A stretch of 32,000 bases of DNA from Raphidiopsis brookii D9 (GTDB taxonomy: Bacteria; Cyanobacteriota; Cyanobacteriia; Cyanobacteriales; Nostocaceae). Of the stretch, positions 20,601 to 29,296 are shown piece after piece. Both the position numbers and the translations under genes were made by a program. The notes under the pieces were generated by a model that worked only from the letters and a program-made list of their open reading frames with translations, had not been told where the DNA came from and searched no databases. The DNA lies in contig ACYB01000031.1 of NCBI GenBank assembly GCA_000175855.1, positions 150,001-182,000 of the forward strand, in the 5' to 3' direction. Numbering within the stretch: the first letter of the stretch is position 1; each line of letters starts with the position of its first letter.

Positions 20601-21255
20601 GCAATTTAGAAAATACACTTTTTGAACGTAAGTAGTTGACCTCTTGCAACAATAAGTTCCTAATAATTTCTACATAGTCTATATTTTTTAGATCATCATC
20701 TGTATGAATTGAAAATACTGATAAGTCAAGACATAAAAGGCGATAGTTATTTTTATATCTTAATAACATCAACGTATCAGCATTAAGAAACTCTCCTTTC
20801 TCTTTGTATTTATTAAAATCTTGCTCCCCTATATTTAAGTTTGGCAGCTGAGAGAGCAGGTTTGTAAACCAGTGGGTTTCACTAACTTCATGAGTACCAA
20901 GACTGTTATCATTGTTAAACCGACATTGATAATAGATAATTTCTAAATTATTTAAACTTGATTGATGGTCACATCCCCAAGACTTGAGATATTCCCTAAA
21001 TAAATTTAGTCCAGATAAAAAACCTTTTTGCAAAAAAAAGTCGCACCATGTTTTTGCTATTTCTTGGTCTATATCACTGATTAGTTTGTTAACAATTAAC
21101 TGTTTTATCTTGGAAGGTCTCAGATTTTTTAGTTCTTGACTGTACAAATCGCCAAATCTGTTTTGAATCTGATTTTGATGAATGTAATTAAGTATTCCTA
21201 CATTAAAACCAACCTCAAACAGTCTTCCTAAATCATCAGCTATTTTACCGTTCAT
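17626..21255 (-). CDS. Large P-loop helicase-like protein, uncharacterised N-terminal domain
   Basis: 1209-aa ORF with Walker A TGNPGIGKTT, Walker B-like LFIMIDEIT, KIIVADASI, VIFMTASGSRGLSFPKAKHILVEIP and EIIQVIYRGRGE (SF1/SF2 motif VI-like). A purine-rich candidate RBS (AAAGGAT) lies before the ATG. Confidence 0.85.
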   Translation of the reverse strand: MNGKIADDLGRLFEVGFNVGILNYIHQNQIQNRFGDLYSQELKNLRPSKIKQLIVNKLISDIDQEIAKTWCDFFLQKGFLSGLNLFREYLKSWGCDHQSSLNNLEIIYYQCRFNNDNSLGTHEVSETHWFTNLLSQLPNLNIGEQDFNKYKEKGEFLNADTLMLLRYKNNYRLLCLDLSVFSIHTDDDLKNIDYVEIIRNLLLQEVNYLRSKSVFSKLLIDTETLSLDFDSDLKEFFTAFKYQDKESAKSIQAGSYIYSFWQFLQKSNLVEKGIIPDRKRLVCNAVGYSDRSVNTICIPGENLELLEPCYQIYREHNRREEIMEVRERVFLNIRINAQRNFAQGRKMVDSIMGISPDTINILPPHIETISGFYNTVAPVPSELISSLDLTGRPNFRQAHNQLIQRYLASDNTYLFLTGNPGIGKTTAIVDFIIEHKDEGFLFFYVSPRKQVNLDIIEKFKNRKDGKLVDDRIFAINSDSNLIQDNFGELSVAYTSNDHEEDFTLGNVRFLNSNNMDRISHRKNRLAQITDDTFKDMGTKNKGVLNSICQGLHHLIADQKHNQIIATSSIQSLRKTQLGDTLKHLEKIFSDAYNSKEDKVLTERMRNISSRIKHLFIMIDEITGDEGGAEFLQGIKKIVNKYQLSDQNNGFNTKIIVADASIVDKNVISQHLKDGSPQPNKIYFRRAESHIQPLSVESFEFASKSAILINTNTYPAKSLTIKYQIIVESCRFNNQSKLKNKSELEKKCQEELFKDIRELLTKDNVEQFIVYIQNKSKLSELIDKIQQELGRENFRQNQHFLAIHANISAAEKEEVKKYQKTVKVIFMTASGSRGLSFPKAKHILVEIPKFEIEKNLMEIIQVIYRGRGEDDIDNQDKYINFYLAERSVYYGDQMDISVRENCLSLLNLLLILKASIMTRIQGYGSLGKKNYILIPIGGKSVFAAGDSFASKIENLITQLKREYSYNKSHTCLQDAYMKIESLMSRAKFTTSKSHQESYLKIRESFNSKFADSSKTLDQLLDFIPLELAYISGGLLIVPCSQIRQSYSIPLLEIQKYANPELLNKLKNISSNPSYPENLTSAVKDGMELVEKLINAPKKSQKYDQYQESLQADQYYALPLFAFISGDVMKQYFETHPQEPEDMRFKDILSIYIRSLYPVTNILPIGHIYEEFPFIVFNSYSLDEMRDKLFTEKYLLNSQELNVLSLILSSK

Positions 21256-21483
21256 TTGTTCTATCCTTTTATATGATTTTTATTCATTTTGAAAACAAGT
21301 TCTAAATTTCTTTCATTAGTTTGTTAGGTTGTTAGGTTTTTGAGTAGTTCTTCTGACTGATAATTGATTTAATATAAGTTAAGAATGCTAAAGAATTAAA
21401 ATCTGCCTTCTCTCGAATATGTTTCAAAATTGCACACTGAGTTACAGATTCGTCTCCAATTAAATTTTCATAAGGGTCTAATT

Positions 21484-24360
21484 TTAGTTGGGAATTTCCG
21501 ATTTTTTATACCGATAAAAATGAAATAATGCCAAGCATTGTAAAATTTCATCTTTTAATTGACTGTTATTATATATTAATCCTTTTCTGATATCTTCATC
21601 ATCTAAAATTCCATCATAAATATTTAACAGTGTCGCATAAGACATGACACCATGATAGTTAATACTCTGATCAAGGCTGAACCCGTTAAATAAGTTGAAG
21701 AAAATCACAGCTTGTTTATTCTTATCCTCCGCTAAGTTAGTAAGTTCTAGGGTATCTTGAATATATAGGGATGTAAGTTTGAAATTTTCTAGCTTTACCG
21801 CATAGTATTTATCAAAAAACATGGGATAAATTTTGATATTATCTCTTTCTTTTTTTAGGGATTTGATTACATTTTTAGACATAAAGAATAATTCCTCATT
21901 TTTCTCTTTTTGGGTGATATGTAAGGTACTGCTGTAGGGAACTTTAGATATATAAATAAAGTGCTTGTATCCCTTGCTGTAAAGAGTATCCACATTGTCT
22001 ACTATAACAGCGGGATATTCAAACATTTTTTGATGATCTTCATAGTTTTCTGAAAAGGTTTTTAATAGTTGAAACCTGACTGTTTCTTCTTTTACTTCTA
22101 GGACGATAATTTCACCCACTAGGTTAGACGATTTGTATTTCACACTAGAATTCCACACACTATCGGTTTCACGACTAGAAACGATGATAATAGCGAGTTT
22201 ATCAATTTCTTGAAATGTAAATTTCCCGGTTTCCTTAAATTGAAATTTTTTGGGAAGTACGGAATATAGAGAGGTCAAAACATTTGGAATTTTAAAGTTT
22301 ATCTTGGAGGTTTGGGATTTGTTAATCACTATCCCTTGTTGGTTACTACGATATCCATCATTCAGTAAATGAGATATAACTTTAGTTAAACAAACTATAA
22401 AGTTTTCTATGGGTGCATTATCTGTTTTTTCTTTTTGGTGTATTCTTAATAGAGGAACAAATGGTTTTGTCCTATCCGTCAATTGCTTCTCTAAAATGAC
22501 ATAGAGACAAATATAGGTAAGTAGGCTATAGGTGATTTTGTAAATAAATTCTTGATTGGTTTCTAATTGGTCCGTTTCGGAACGATGTGGAAATATTAAC
22601 AATTTACGAGACTTTAAATGCTGATCATAGAATTTTTGCCCTTCTTTCATTGATAAAAATAGCACCGGTAATACTTTAATACCTGGAACCAGATCATATT
22701 TCATATCAAATGTTTGCTGATCTTCTGTTTTTAAAAAATGTATTTCGCTAATACTGATATTTGCTGGTAAAGTAATTAATGACTTGCCTTGGGTTGTGGC
22801 TTCCCCTAGGTTAATATACTGCAAGCATTCCTTTGGTTTTTGTAGGACTTCTTTGAAGAAGGTGGTTCTTTTAGTAATGGTATCAAGGTCATTTTCTAAA
22901 ATACTTTCTTTCACAGAAATATGTAGAGGGTAATGTCTAACTGGGTATGGAGTTTTACGTTTAATTATATTTTTTATCAGTTCTTTTGTCTTGTGGATTT
23001 TTTCCTTTATCTTTAATTCCTTAAACCTCCTAATATAATTTTCAAATAGTCGCTTTTTGGCTTGATCATCATTTCCTTTTAGTATAGGCAATATTTCCTT
23101 TTCTAAAAGTTCAATGGGATTATAATCTAAATCACTTTCTATACTTTCATTGGATGCAAATATAAAACAGTACAAAAATACAGTTTTCAAGACTTTTGTG
23201 GGTAAGGGCGATTTTTTTGATGATTTGGCAATTGCAGTTTTATGCTCTTCCCCATCTGGATTTAAAAGATCTAGGTGATAATCAAAAGAACTATTTTTTT
23301 GGTGAGCTTGCACTTTACCATCCAATTTCATTTTGATTCCAAAGGTAAATTCTATTGCATCTTTCTGGGGACTCTCTACTTCTCCTAAATAGCCTTCTAT
23401 AAGAGGAATGATCGGCAATATATCGTACGCTTCACTACGAGAAAATAGTGCTTGGTAATTAACTGTTACTCCTGCATAGCTAACTTGATAGTCTCCATCT
23501 GCTTTACTGGTGTCGTTAATATAATCTTCTAATAGTTTTAGTCTTCTAATCAGATCCTGTAAATATAGCTTACCTTCTCCTTCATCAACTTGCTCTAACA
23601 GAAATTCCAAATATTTAATTTTAGCGAATTTCTTCAACTTTCCTAAGGTTTCTTGATTTAGAAGATTTTGCAATTTGTAGATGTCTGAATTATGGCTTTT
23701 TTCTAAACTGGAAATTACATAGTCTAAATCTTTTTTATCCTCCTGATCCAAGTCAGCAAATTTTATATTAATATAATTATTGATTCCCTTGACAAGGGTA
23801 GTCGTAAAATCACAGGGCTTATCCACGTGAATTTTGATCTTGTGAGCTTTCAGTAGTTGTTTATTTTTGCTATTGTCATTTTGTCTGACTGTCAGTCTTT
23901 GTTTTTTTAGATTTGTTTCTTCTGCAAATGGATAGGTCAAATCTAATAATTTGTCTTTAGTTTTATAATCTTGCCTATAATTTCCTTTAAATTCATTAAT
24001 ATCTGATGTTAAACTTCTGATAAATTCAACTCTGTCATGGTACTGGCTATTTTTTTGTATGGCTAGGGTCAATTTATCTTGTATCTCAATGGTAATTTTC
24101 TCAATTTGCTTCCTAAATAAGTCTTGAGTATTAGGACTAAAATTTAAAGTAGCTCCACGCGCTGACCGATCACTTACTAATGGATTAGATGGATTCAATT
24201 TCATCACTTCAGTCGCTACTTCTTCTACGTTTATCCTCATCCTACGACCATCCTGTGAAATACTAAATACTGGCTTTTGTGTTAAAATTTCCAGGATTTT
24301 ATTCAGCAGGTCAGAGTAATCTAGGTATGCCAAATCTGAATTAACAACTATTTTATTCAT
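21484..24360 (-). CDS. Large uncharacterised protein, partner of the downstream helicase-like gene
   Basis: 958-aa uninterrupted ORF, same strand as the helicase-like gene and directly upstream of it; no family recognised. Confidence 0.8.
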   Translation of the reverse strand: MNKIVVNSDLAYLDYSDLLNKILEILTQKPVFSISQDGRRMRINVEEVATEVMKLNPSNPLVSDRSARGATLNFSPNTQDLFRKQIEKITIEIQDKLTLAIQKNSQYHDRVEFIRSLTSDINEFKGNYRQDYKTKDKLLDLTYPFAEETNLKKQRLTVRQNDNSKNKQLLKAHKIKIHVDKPCDFTTTLVKGINNYINIKFADLDQEDKKDLDYVISSLEKSHNSDIYKLQNLLNQETLGKLKKFAKIKYLEFLLEQVDEGEGKLYLQDLIRRLKLLEDYINDTSKADGDYQVSYAGVTVNYQALFSRSEAYDILPIIPLIEGYLGEVESPQKDAIEFTFGIKMKLDGKVQAHQKNSSFDYHLDLLNPDGEEHKTAIAKSSKKSPLPTKVLKTVFLYCFIFASNESIESDLDYNPIELLEKEILPILKGNDDQAKKRLFENYIRRFKELKIKEKIHKTKELIKNIIKRKTPYPVRHYPLHISVKESILENDLDTITKRTTFFKEVLQKPKECLQYINLGEATTQGKSLITLPANISISEIHFLKTEDQQTFDMKYDLVPGIKVLPVLFLSMKEGQKFYDQHLKSRKLLIFPHRSETDQLETNQEFIYKITYSLLTYICLYVILEKQLTDRTKPFVPLLRIHQKEKTDNAPIENFIVCLTKVISHLLNDGYRSNQQGIVINKSQTSKINFKIPNVLTSLYSVLPKKFQFKETGKFTFQEIDKLAIIIVSSRETDSVWNSSVKYKSSNLVGEIIVLEVKEETVRFQLLKTFSENYEDHQKMFEYPAVIVDNVDTLYSKGYKHFIYISKVPYSSTLHITQKEKNEELFFMSKNVIKSLKKERDNIKIYPMFFDKYYAVKLENFKLTSLYIQDTLELTNLAEDKNKQAVIFFNLFNGFSLDQSINYHGVMSYATLLNIYDGILDDEDIRKGLIYNNSQLKDEILQCLALFHFYRYKKSEIPN

Positions 24361-24699
24361 TCTCTGTCTATGGTGTTTACTATGGTGTTTATATTTTCCT
24401 ACTTTAGTTAATCCTAGTATACATCACTATATCCACTGGTTCAAAGCAGGTTAGAAAACTAGGCGATCGCCTGAGAATGATAAGAAAAAATTATATTTAT
24501 GGGAGGGTAAGATAAGTTTTTTTGTGGTAAAGGTGGTAGAAATGTGGTACTATGAAGGTTGAGTATAATGGAGTGTGAGCAGTTTTAAAAAAATCGCTCA
24601 TATTCCCATTGTCAGGGTATCATGCCCAAGGGTCAATAGTCAACCCCCATTGGGAAAAAAAATTGGCGCGCGAGTATATACACCATTAATTGCGATCGC

Positions 24700-25383
24700 T
24701 CAAAAGAGAATGCTACGTGTTAGGTTTTCTCCTATCAAACCTTGGAACAATCGCAAACCATCCGTACCCCCTAGGGATTGATCCGCTGCTCTTTCTGGAT
24801 GTGGCATCATCCCCAACACATTACCCCCTCGATTGCAAATACCCGCAATATTATTTAGGGAACCATTAGGATTCTCTCCATCATATCTAAACAATACCTG
24901 TTGATTATCTTCAATCGCCGCTAAAGTGTCTTTGTCCGCATAAAATCTCCCCTCCCCATGGGCAATTGGTAGGGTGATCACTTCTTTATCCCCATATCCA
25001 CTGGTCCAAGGTAGGTTGTTACGCTCGACCTTCACAGAAATGCGATCGCAAATAAAATGTAGGTTCTGATTTCTGGTTAACGCACCAGGTAGTAACTTAG
25101 CTTCAGTTAATACCTGAAAACCATTACAAATACCGATGACAAATTTACCTTTTTCAGCATGGTTTACCACTTCCTGCATGACCGGAGAAAACCGGGCGAT
25201 CGCCCCACAACGTAAATAATCGCCGTAACTAAACCCACCGGGAATAATAATTACATCTATATCGCTGATATCTCGCTCCTGATGCCAAACCATACGGGTG
25301 GTATGTCCCAGTATATCTCTGGTAACGTATGCTGCATCGCGATCGCAATTAGACCCTGGAAAAACTAAAACACCAAATTTCAT
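24700..25383 (-). CDS. purQ: Phosphoribosylformylglycinamidine synthase subunit PurQ
   Basis: MKFGVLVFPGSNCDRDA...IIPGGFSYGDYLRCGAIARFSPVM...GICNGFQVLTEAKLLPG...MMPHPERA. Confidence 0.97.
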   Translation of the reverse strand: MKFGVLVFPGSNCDRDAAYVTRDILGHTTRMVWHQERDISDIDVIIIPGGFSYGDYLRCGAIARFSPVMQEVVNHAEKGKFVIGICNGFQVLTEAKLLPGALTRNQNLHFICDRISVKVERNNLPWTSGYGDKEVITLPIAHGEGRFYADKDTLAAIEDNQQVLFRYDGENPNGSLNNIAGICNRGGNVLGMMPHPERAADQSLGGTDGLRLFQGLIGENLTRSILF

Positions 25384-25426
25384 ACCAACCTTTATGAAAA
25401 CTCAAGTATACCAAGGAAGTGATCTC

Positions 25427-27316
25427 CTATTCCACCGTCACGGATTTAGCCAAATTCCTCGGTTGGTCTACATCTAAACCCCTGCGAGCTGCAATGTGAT
25501 AGGCTAATAATTGCAGGGGAATGACCGTCAAAATCGGTGATAAGATCTCCTCCACATTAGCAACAGGTATTAAATCATTAAATATTTCTGCTGCTTCTCC
25601 ATTATTGACAGAAGTTATCCCTATGAGTCGGGAATCCCTTGCTTTTGCTTCTTGCGCATTGGAAATCACCTTTTCATATACACTACCACCCATGGCGATC
25701 GCCACTACAGGAACTTTAGCATCCAATAGGGCAATTGGCCCATGTTTCATTTCTCCTGCGGGATATCCTTCAGCATGGATATAGCTAATCTCTTTTAACT
25801 TTAAAGCTCCTTCCAAAGCAATAGGAAAATTAATACCCCGCCCTAGAAAAAATAAAATCCCGGGTTTCCGAAAAATCATGCACCAGTTGTTCAATATATT
25901 TTCCTGGGTTTCTAAAATGGTTTCAATTTCTATAGGTAATTGACGTAAACCGGTAATAATATCCTGTATCCTTTGTAAACCAATAGTCTGACAACGATAA
26001 GCCAAATCCAAGGCCAAACCATAAAAAGCCATTAACTGGGCAATAAACGTCTTAGTTGCTGCTACACCAATTTCAATCCCTCCATGGGTATTAATCAAAC
26101 TACTGACCATTTGTCCCAAGCTGCTTTCTGGACGGTTGGTAATCCCCAATAGTCGAGCTTCATATCCCCCTGATTTACCCAGTCTCCGTTCCTTTTCCAT
26201 CGCTAAAGCTGCTAGGGTATCAGCAGTTTCTCCCGATTGAGTAACACCAATGGTTAGGGTATTAGCCATCAATGGTGATGGTGCATACCGAAATTCTGAA
26301 GCATATTGTACTTGAGTGGGAATTTCTGCCAACTGCTCTATTAAGTATTTCCCAACCAATGCTGCATGCCAACTTGTTCCACAAGCGACTATTTGAATTT
26401 GTGCCAGATCCGTATACAATTCTTCTGGCAGTCCTAAGTTTACTGGTGTATGGGAGTGATTGGGAAAATAGGACTCTAAGCAAGTTCTGACTACCCCCGG
26501 TTGCTCATATATTTCTTTGAGCATAAAATGCTTGAAACCCTGTTTTTCCACCATGATTGGATTCCAATCCAGGGTACGAGGATGTTTCTTTAATCTATTT
26601 CCAGCAAAATTATAAACCTCAACCCCCAAAGGAGTTAACCGGGCAATTTCCCCATTCTCTAGGGTCAATACCGCACGAGTATAGGGAACTATTGCTGGGG
26701 TGTCGGAAGCACAGAAAAACTCCCCTTGTCCAAAACCTATAACTAAGGGCGCCTGTTGACGAATCACAATCAACTCATCGGGAAAATCCGCACAAATAGC
26801 CGCGATCGCAAAAGCTCCCTCTAATTTACCCACTGCTGCTAACACTGCATCTAAAAATGCTGAATTGGATTTATGATTAGAGTTATTAGGAGATAAAACA
26901 TGCTTTAAACACTCTGCAAACAGATGGGGAATTACCTCCGTGTCCGTATCTGAACGAAATTTATGACCTAAGGTCTTTAAATATTCTCGCAGTTCACGGT
27001 AGTTTTCTATAATACCATTTTGTACTACGGCAATGCGTAGAGCAGTATCTTGATGAGGGTGGGCATTATATTCTTCGGGTTTACCATGGGTTGCCCAGCG
27101 GGTATGACCTATACCTAATTGAGCTGGGTTTTCTATTTGTTCTAGCTTGGAGCGTAAATTTACTAATTTACCCTTGGCTCGCACGCAACTAATATTACCT
27201 TCCCCAACTGTGGCAATTCCAGCTGAATCATAGCCTCTATACTCTAATTTTTCCAGTCCAGATAGTAAAATTTCCGTTGCTGTTTGAGTACCTATATAAC
27301 CTACGATTCCACACAT
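25427..27316 (-). CDS. glmS: Glutamine--fructose-6-phosphate aminotransferase
   Basis: MCGIVGYIG; LEYRGYDSAG; HTRWATHG; SIS domains including ACGTSWHAALVGKY and GEMKHGPIALLD. Confidence 0.98.
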   Translation of the reverse strand: MCGIVGYIGTQTATEILLSGLEKLEYRGYDSAGIATVGEGNISCVRAKGKLVNLRSKLEQIENPAQLGIGHTRWATHGKPEEYNAHPHQDTALRIAVVQNGIIENYRELREYLKTLGHKFRSDTDTEVIPHLFAECLKHVLSPNNSNHKSNSAFLDAVLAAVGKLEGAFAIAAICADFPDELIVIRQQAPLVIGFGQGEFFCASDTPAIVPYTRAVLTLENGEIARLTPLGVEVYNFAGNRLKKHPRTLDWNPIMVEKQGFKHFMLKEIYEQPGVVRTCLESYFPNHSHTPVNLGLPEELYTDLAQIQIVACGTSWHAALVGKYLIEQLAEIPTQVQYASEFRYAPSPLMANTLTIGVTQSGETADTLAALAMEKERRLGKSGGYEARLLGITNRPESSLGQMVSSLINTHGGIEIGVAATKTFIAQLMAFYGLALDLAYRCQTIGLQRIQDIITGLRQLPIEIETILETQENILNNWCMIFRKPGILFFLGRGINFPIALEGALKLKEISYIHAEGYPAGEMKHGPIALLDAKVPVVAIAMGGSVYEKVISNAQEAKARDSRLIGITSVNNGEAAEIFNDLIPVANVEEILSPILTVIPLQLLAYHIAARRGLDVDQPRNLAKSVTVE

Positions 27317-27396
27317 TTTTTATACTACTCCAGCTATATTAATCCAATTGCGGTAATTATAACAAGCTTAATAATAACCATGATAAACTAATCTGT

Positions 27397-28230
27397 CTAA
27401 ATTTGACACTGGGGACAAAAGTGACTAGAACGCCCACTCAGTTTAGTCCTTTGGATCATGCTACCACAAACCTTACAGGGATCTCCCGCTCGGTTGTATA
27501 CCCAAGCTTCACCACCATAATTCCCATTTACACCTTTGACATTCAAAAAGTTACTAAAAGTGGTGCCACCAGCAGCTATACTAGCTGATAGAACTTCAAT
27601 TATGGCCATTCTTAAACTCCCTATCTGTTTTTCGTCTATGTTTGTGCAAATAGTAGTTGGTAAAATGCCACTTTTAAATAAGGCTTCATCAGCATAAATA
27701 TTACCTAAACCTGCTACTATAGACTGATCCAATAGGGCGGTTTTAATGGGACGACGAACCTTTGCCAGTTTAGTAGCCAAGTATTCAGGTGTGAACTCTA
27801 CAGCAAAGGGGTCAATTGCCAGTTTGCCTAAACCTGTTATGATTTCCTCCCTCACTACCCCACTTGGCACATGCCACATTTTCCCAAAAGTGCGTTGGTC
27901 TACAAACCGTAGTTCTTGCTCCTTGCCAAAAAACAATCTTACCCTGGTGTGTTTATGTAATGGTTCCTCTTGATTTAACCATAACAATTGTCCAGTCATG
28001 CGCAAATGTACACCCAACCAAGCAGAAGAAGAAAGCTCGGCCAGCAGATACTTCCCGCAACGGATCCAGGATTTAATGGTGTTACCTTTAATATCTCCAA
28101 TAAACTCCTCACCAGCAAAAGGATAAGCAACAGTACTTGCAAGCAAAACATCCCCACCAGTAATCGGTTGATGGAGCGTTAACTGATTTAAACCCCTACG
28201 GACTGTTTCAACTTCGGGCAATTCAGGCAT
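27397..28230 (-). CDS. mutM: Formamidopyrimidine-DNA glycosylase
   Basis: MPELPEVETVRRGL; LLDQSIVAGLGNIYADEALF; C-terminal zinc finger CKVCGS..QRTKLSGRSSHFCPQCQ. Confidence 0.98.
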   Translation of the reverse strand: MPELPEVETVRRGLNQLTLHQPITGGDVLLASTVAYPFAGEEFIGDIKGNTIKSWIRCGKYLLAELSSSAWLGVHLRMTGQLLWLNQEEPLHKHTRVRLFFGKEQELRFVDQRTFGKMWHVPSGVVREEIITGLGKLAIDPFAVEFTPEYLATKLAKVRRPIKTALLDQSIVAGLGNIYADEALFKSGILPTTICTNIDEKQIGSLRMAIIEVLSASIAAGGTTFSNFLNVKGVNGNYGGEAWVYNRAGDPCKVCGSMIQRTKLSGRSSHFCPQCQI

Positions 28231-28353
28231 AGTTGGGTAGTTGCTGTTTGATCTTATGTCGGGGTTTCACCCCTCTGGTTTTACCGAAGGTCTTCACCCC
28301 AACATTTTTAGATAAGGTTTGATGGGTAGTGCTTATGCCTACAGCCAGTGGCT

Positions 28354-28554
28354 TTATTTACTGGGTGGTTGTACTTCCAATAATTCAGTCAGAGCGAAAT
28401 TATTAGTATTCACACCACTGTAATTGACATTGGGAAAACGCACAATCACAGGATATTTAATGCCACTTTTATCTACAGAAGCAACAGTACCTACTTCTTG
28501 AAACCAGTAGGACTCAGGACGAAGCACACGTACTTTAGAACCGCGTTGAACCAT
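28354..28554 (-). CDS. psaE: Photosystem I reaction centre subunit IV
   Basis: [55 protein letters not shown]. Confidence 0.97.
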   Translation of the reverse strand: MVQRGSKVRVLRPESYWFQEVGTVASVDKSGIKYPVIVRFPNVNYSGVNTNNFALTELLEVQPPSK

Positions 28555-28665
28555 GATATGTTACCTTTAAATGATCAATTGAAAGCAGGGCTATTTCTTT
28601 TCAGTCTAGAACTTTTTGTCCGATGGTCAAGAATCTGAATAAAATCTTAATGGCACTTAGCAATT

Positions 28666-29259
28666 CTATCTCCAAGTAATATAAGGTAACTGACTTGCTA
28701 CTGCTTTTACCTGTGCCGCATTAGCTACTAACTGTCCACAAGCATCCCAGGTCCCCGACACAAAGGCGGTTTTTGTTCCCTGACCCATAGCCACAGGTAG
28801 GATTAAATCATGAATTTGTACTTGCAAATTTTCCACATCTATGGTAACCAATGCCTGAGGATCTGCAGTCACTAATTCTTGTAACTGTCTAACTATGCCA
28901 GGTTCAGCGGTGACGCAGGGTATACCCATAGCTACACAGTTACCAAAAAAGATTTCAGCAAAGCTTTCACCAATAATCCCCCTAATACCCCATTTAGCCA
29001 ATGCTTGGGGGGCGTGTTCCCTAGATGAACCACAGCCAAAATTACGGTTGACTATTAATACTTTTGCCCCCTGATATTGGGGAAGATCAAAGGGATGTTG
29101 ACCATTTAAGGCTTTTCGGTCATCTATGAATGCTCCTTCCCCTAAACCGTCAAAGGTGATAGCTTTTAAGTAGCGGGCAGGTATAATCCTATCCGTGTCA
29201 ATATCATCTCCCACTAAAGGTAAGGCGCGATCGCTGATTTTGTTAATTTTATTTAGCAT
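28666..29259 (-). CDS. leuD: 3-isopropylmalate dehydratase small subunit
   Basis: [15 protein letters not shown]; [15 protein letters not shown]; FAEIFFGNC. Confidence 0.96.
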   Translation of the reverse strand: MLNKINKISDRALPLVGDDIDTDRIIPARYLKAITFDGLGEGAFIDDRKALNGQHPFDLPQYQGAKVLIVNRNFGCGSSREHAPQALAKWGIRGIIGESFAEIFFGNCVAMGIPCVTAEPGIVRQLQELVTADPQALVTIDVENLQVQIHDLILPVAMGQGTKTAFVSGTWDACGQLVANAAQVKAVASQLPYITWR

Positions 29260-29296
29260 GTTTATGATCAGTAATTAACTTTAATTACATTTCTGT

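Noticed and set aside
21323-21338. Tandem GTTAGGTT GTTAGGTT repeat between the two large ORFs
   Set aside because: Only two 8-bp units, easily chance; too short to call a repeat element.
16990-24400. tmRNA-targeted integrative element
   Set aside because: No integrase or duplicated ssrA 3' end was seen, and the cassette is on the 5' side of ssrA.
24575-24781. Plus-strand 68-aa ORF upstream of and overlapping purQ
   Set aside because: Overlaps the 3' end of purQ in antisense and has no recognisable family; no support for coding.
25384-25426. purS expected just upstream of purQ
   Set aside because: Only 43 bp separates purQ and glmS, so purS is not here. It is probably elsewhere in the genome, which cannot be assessed from this window.
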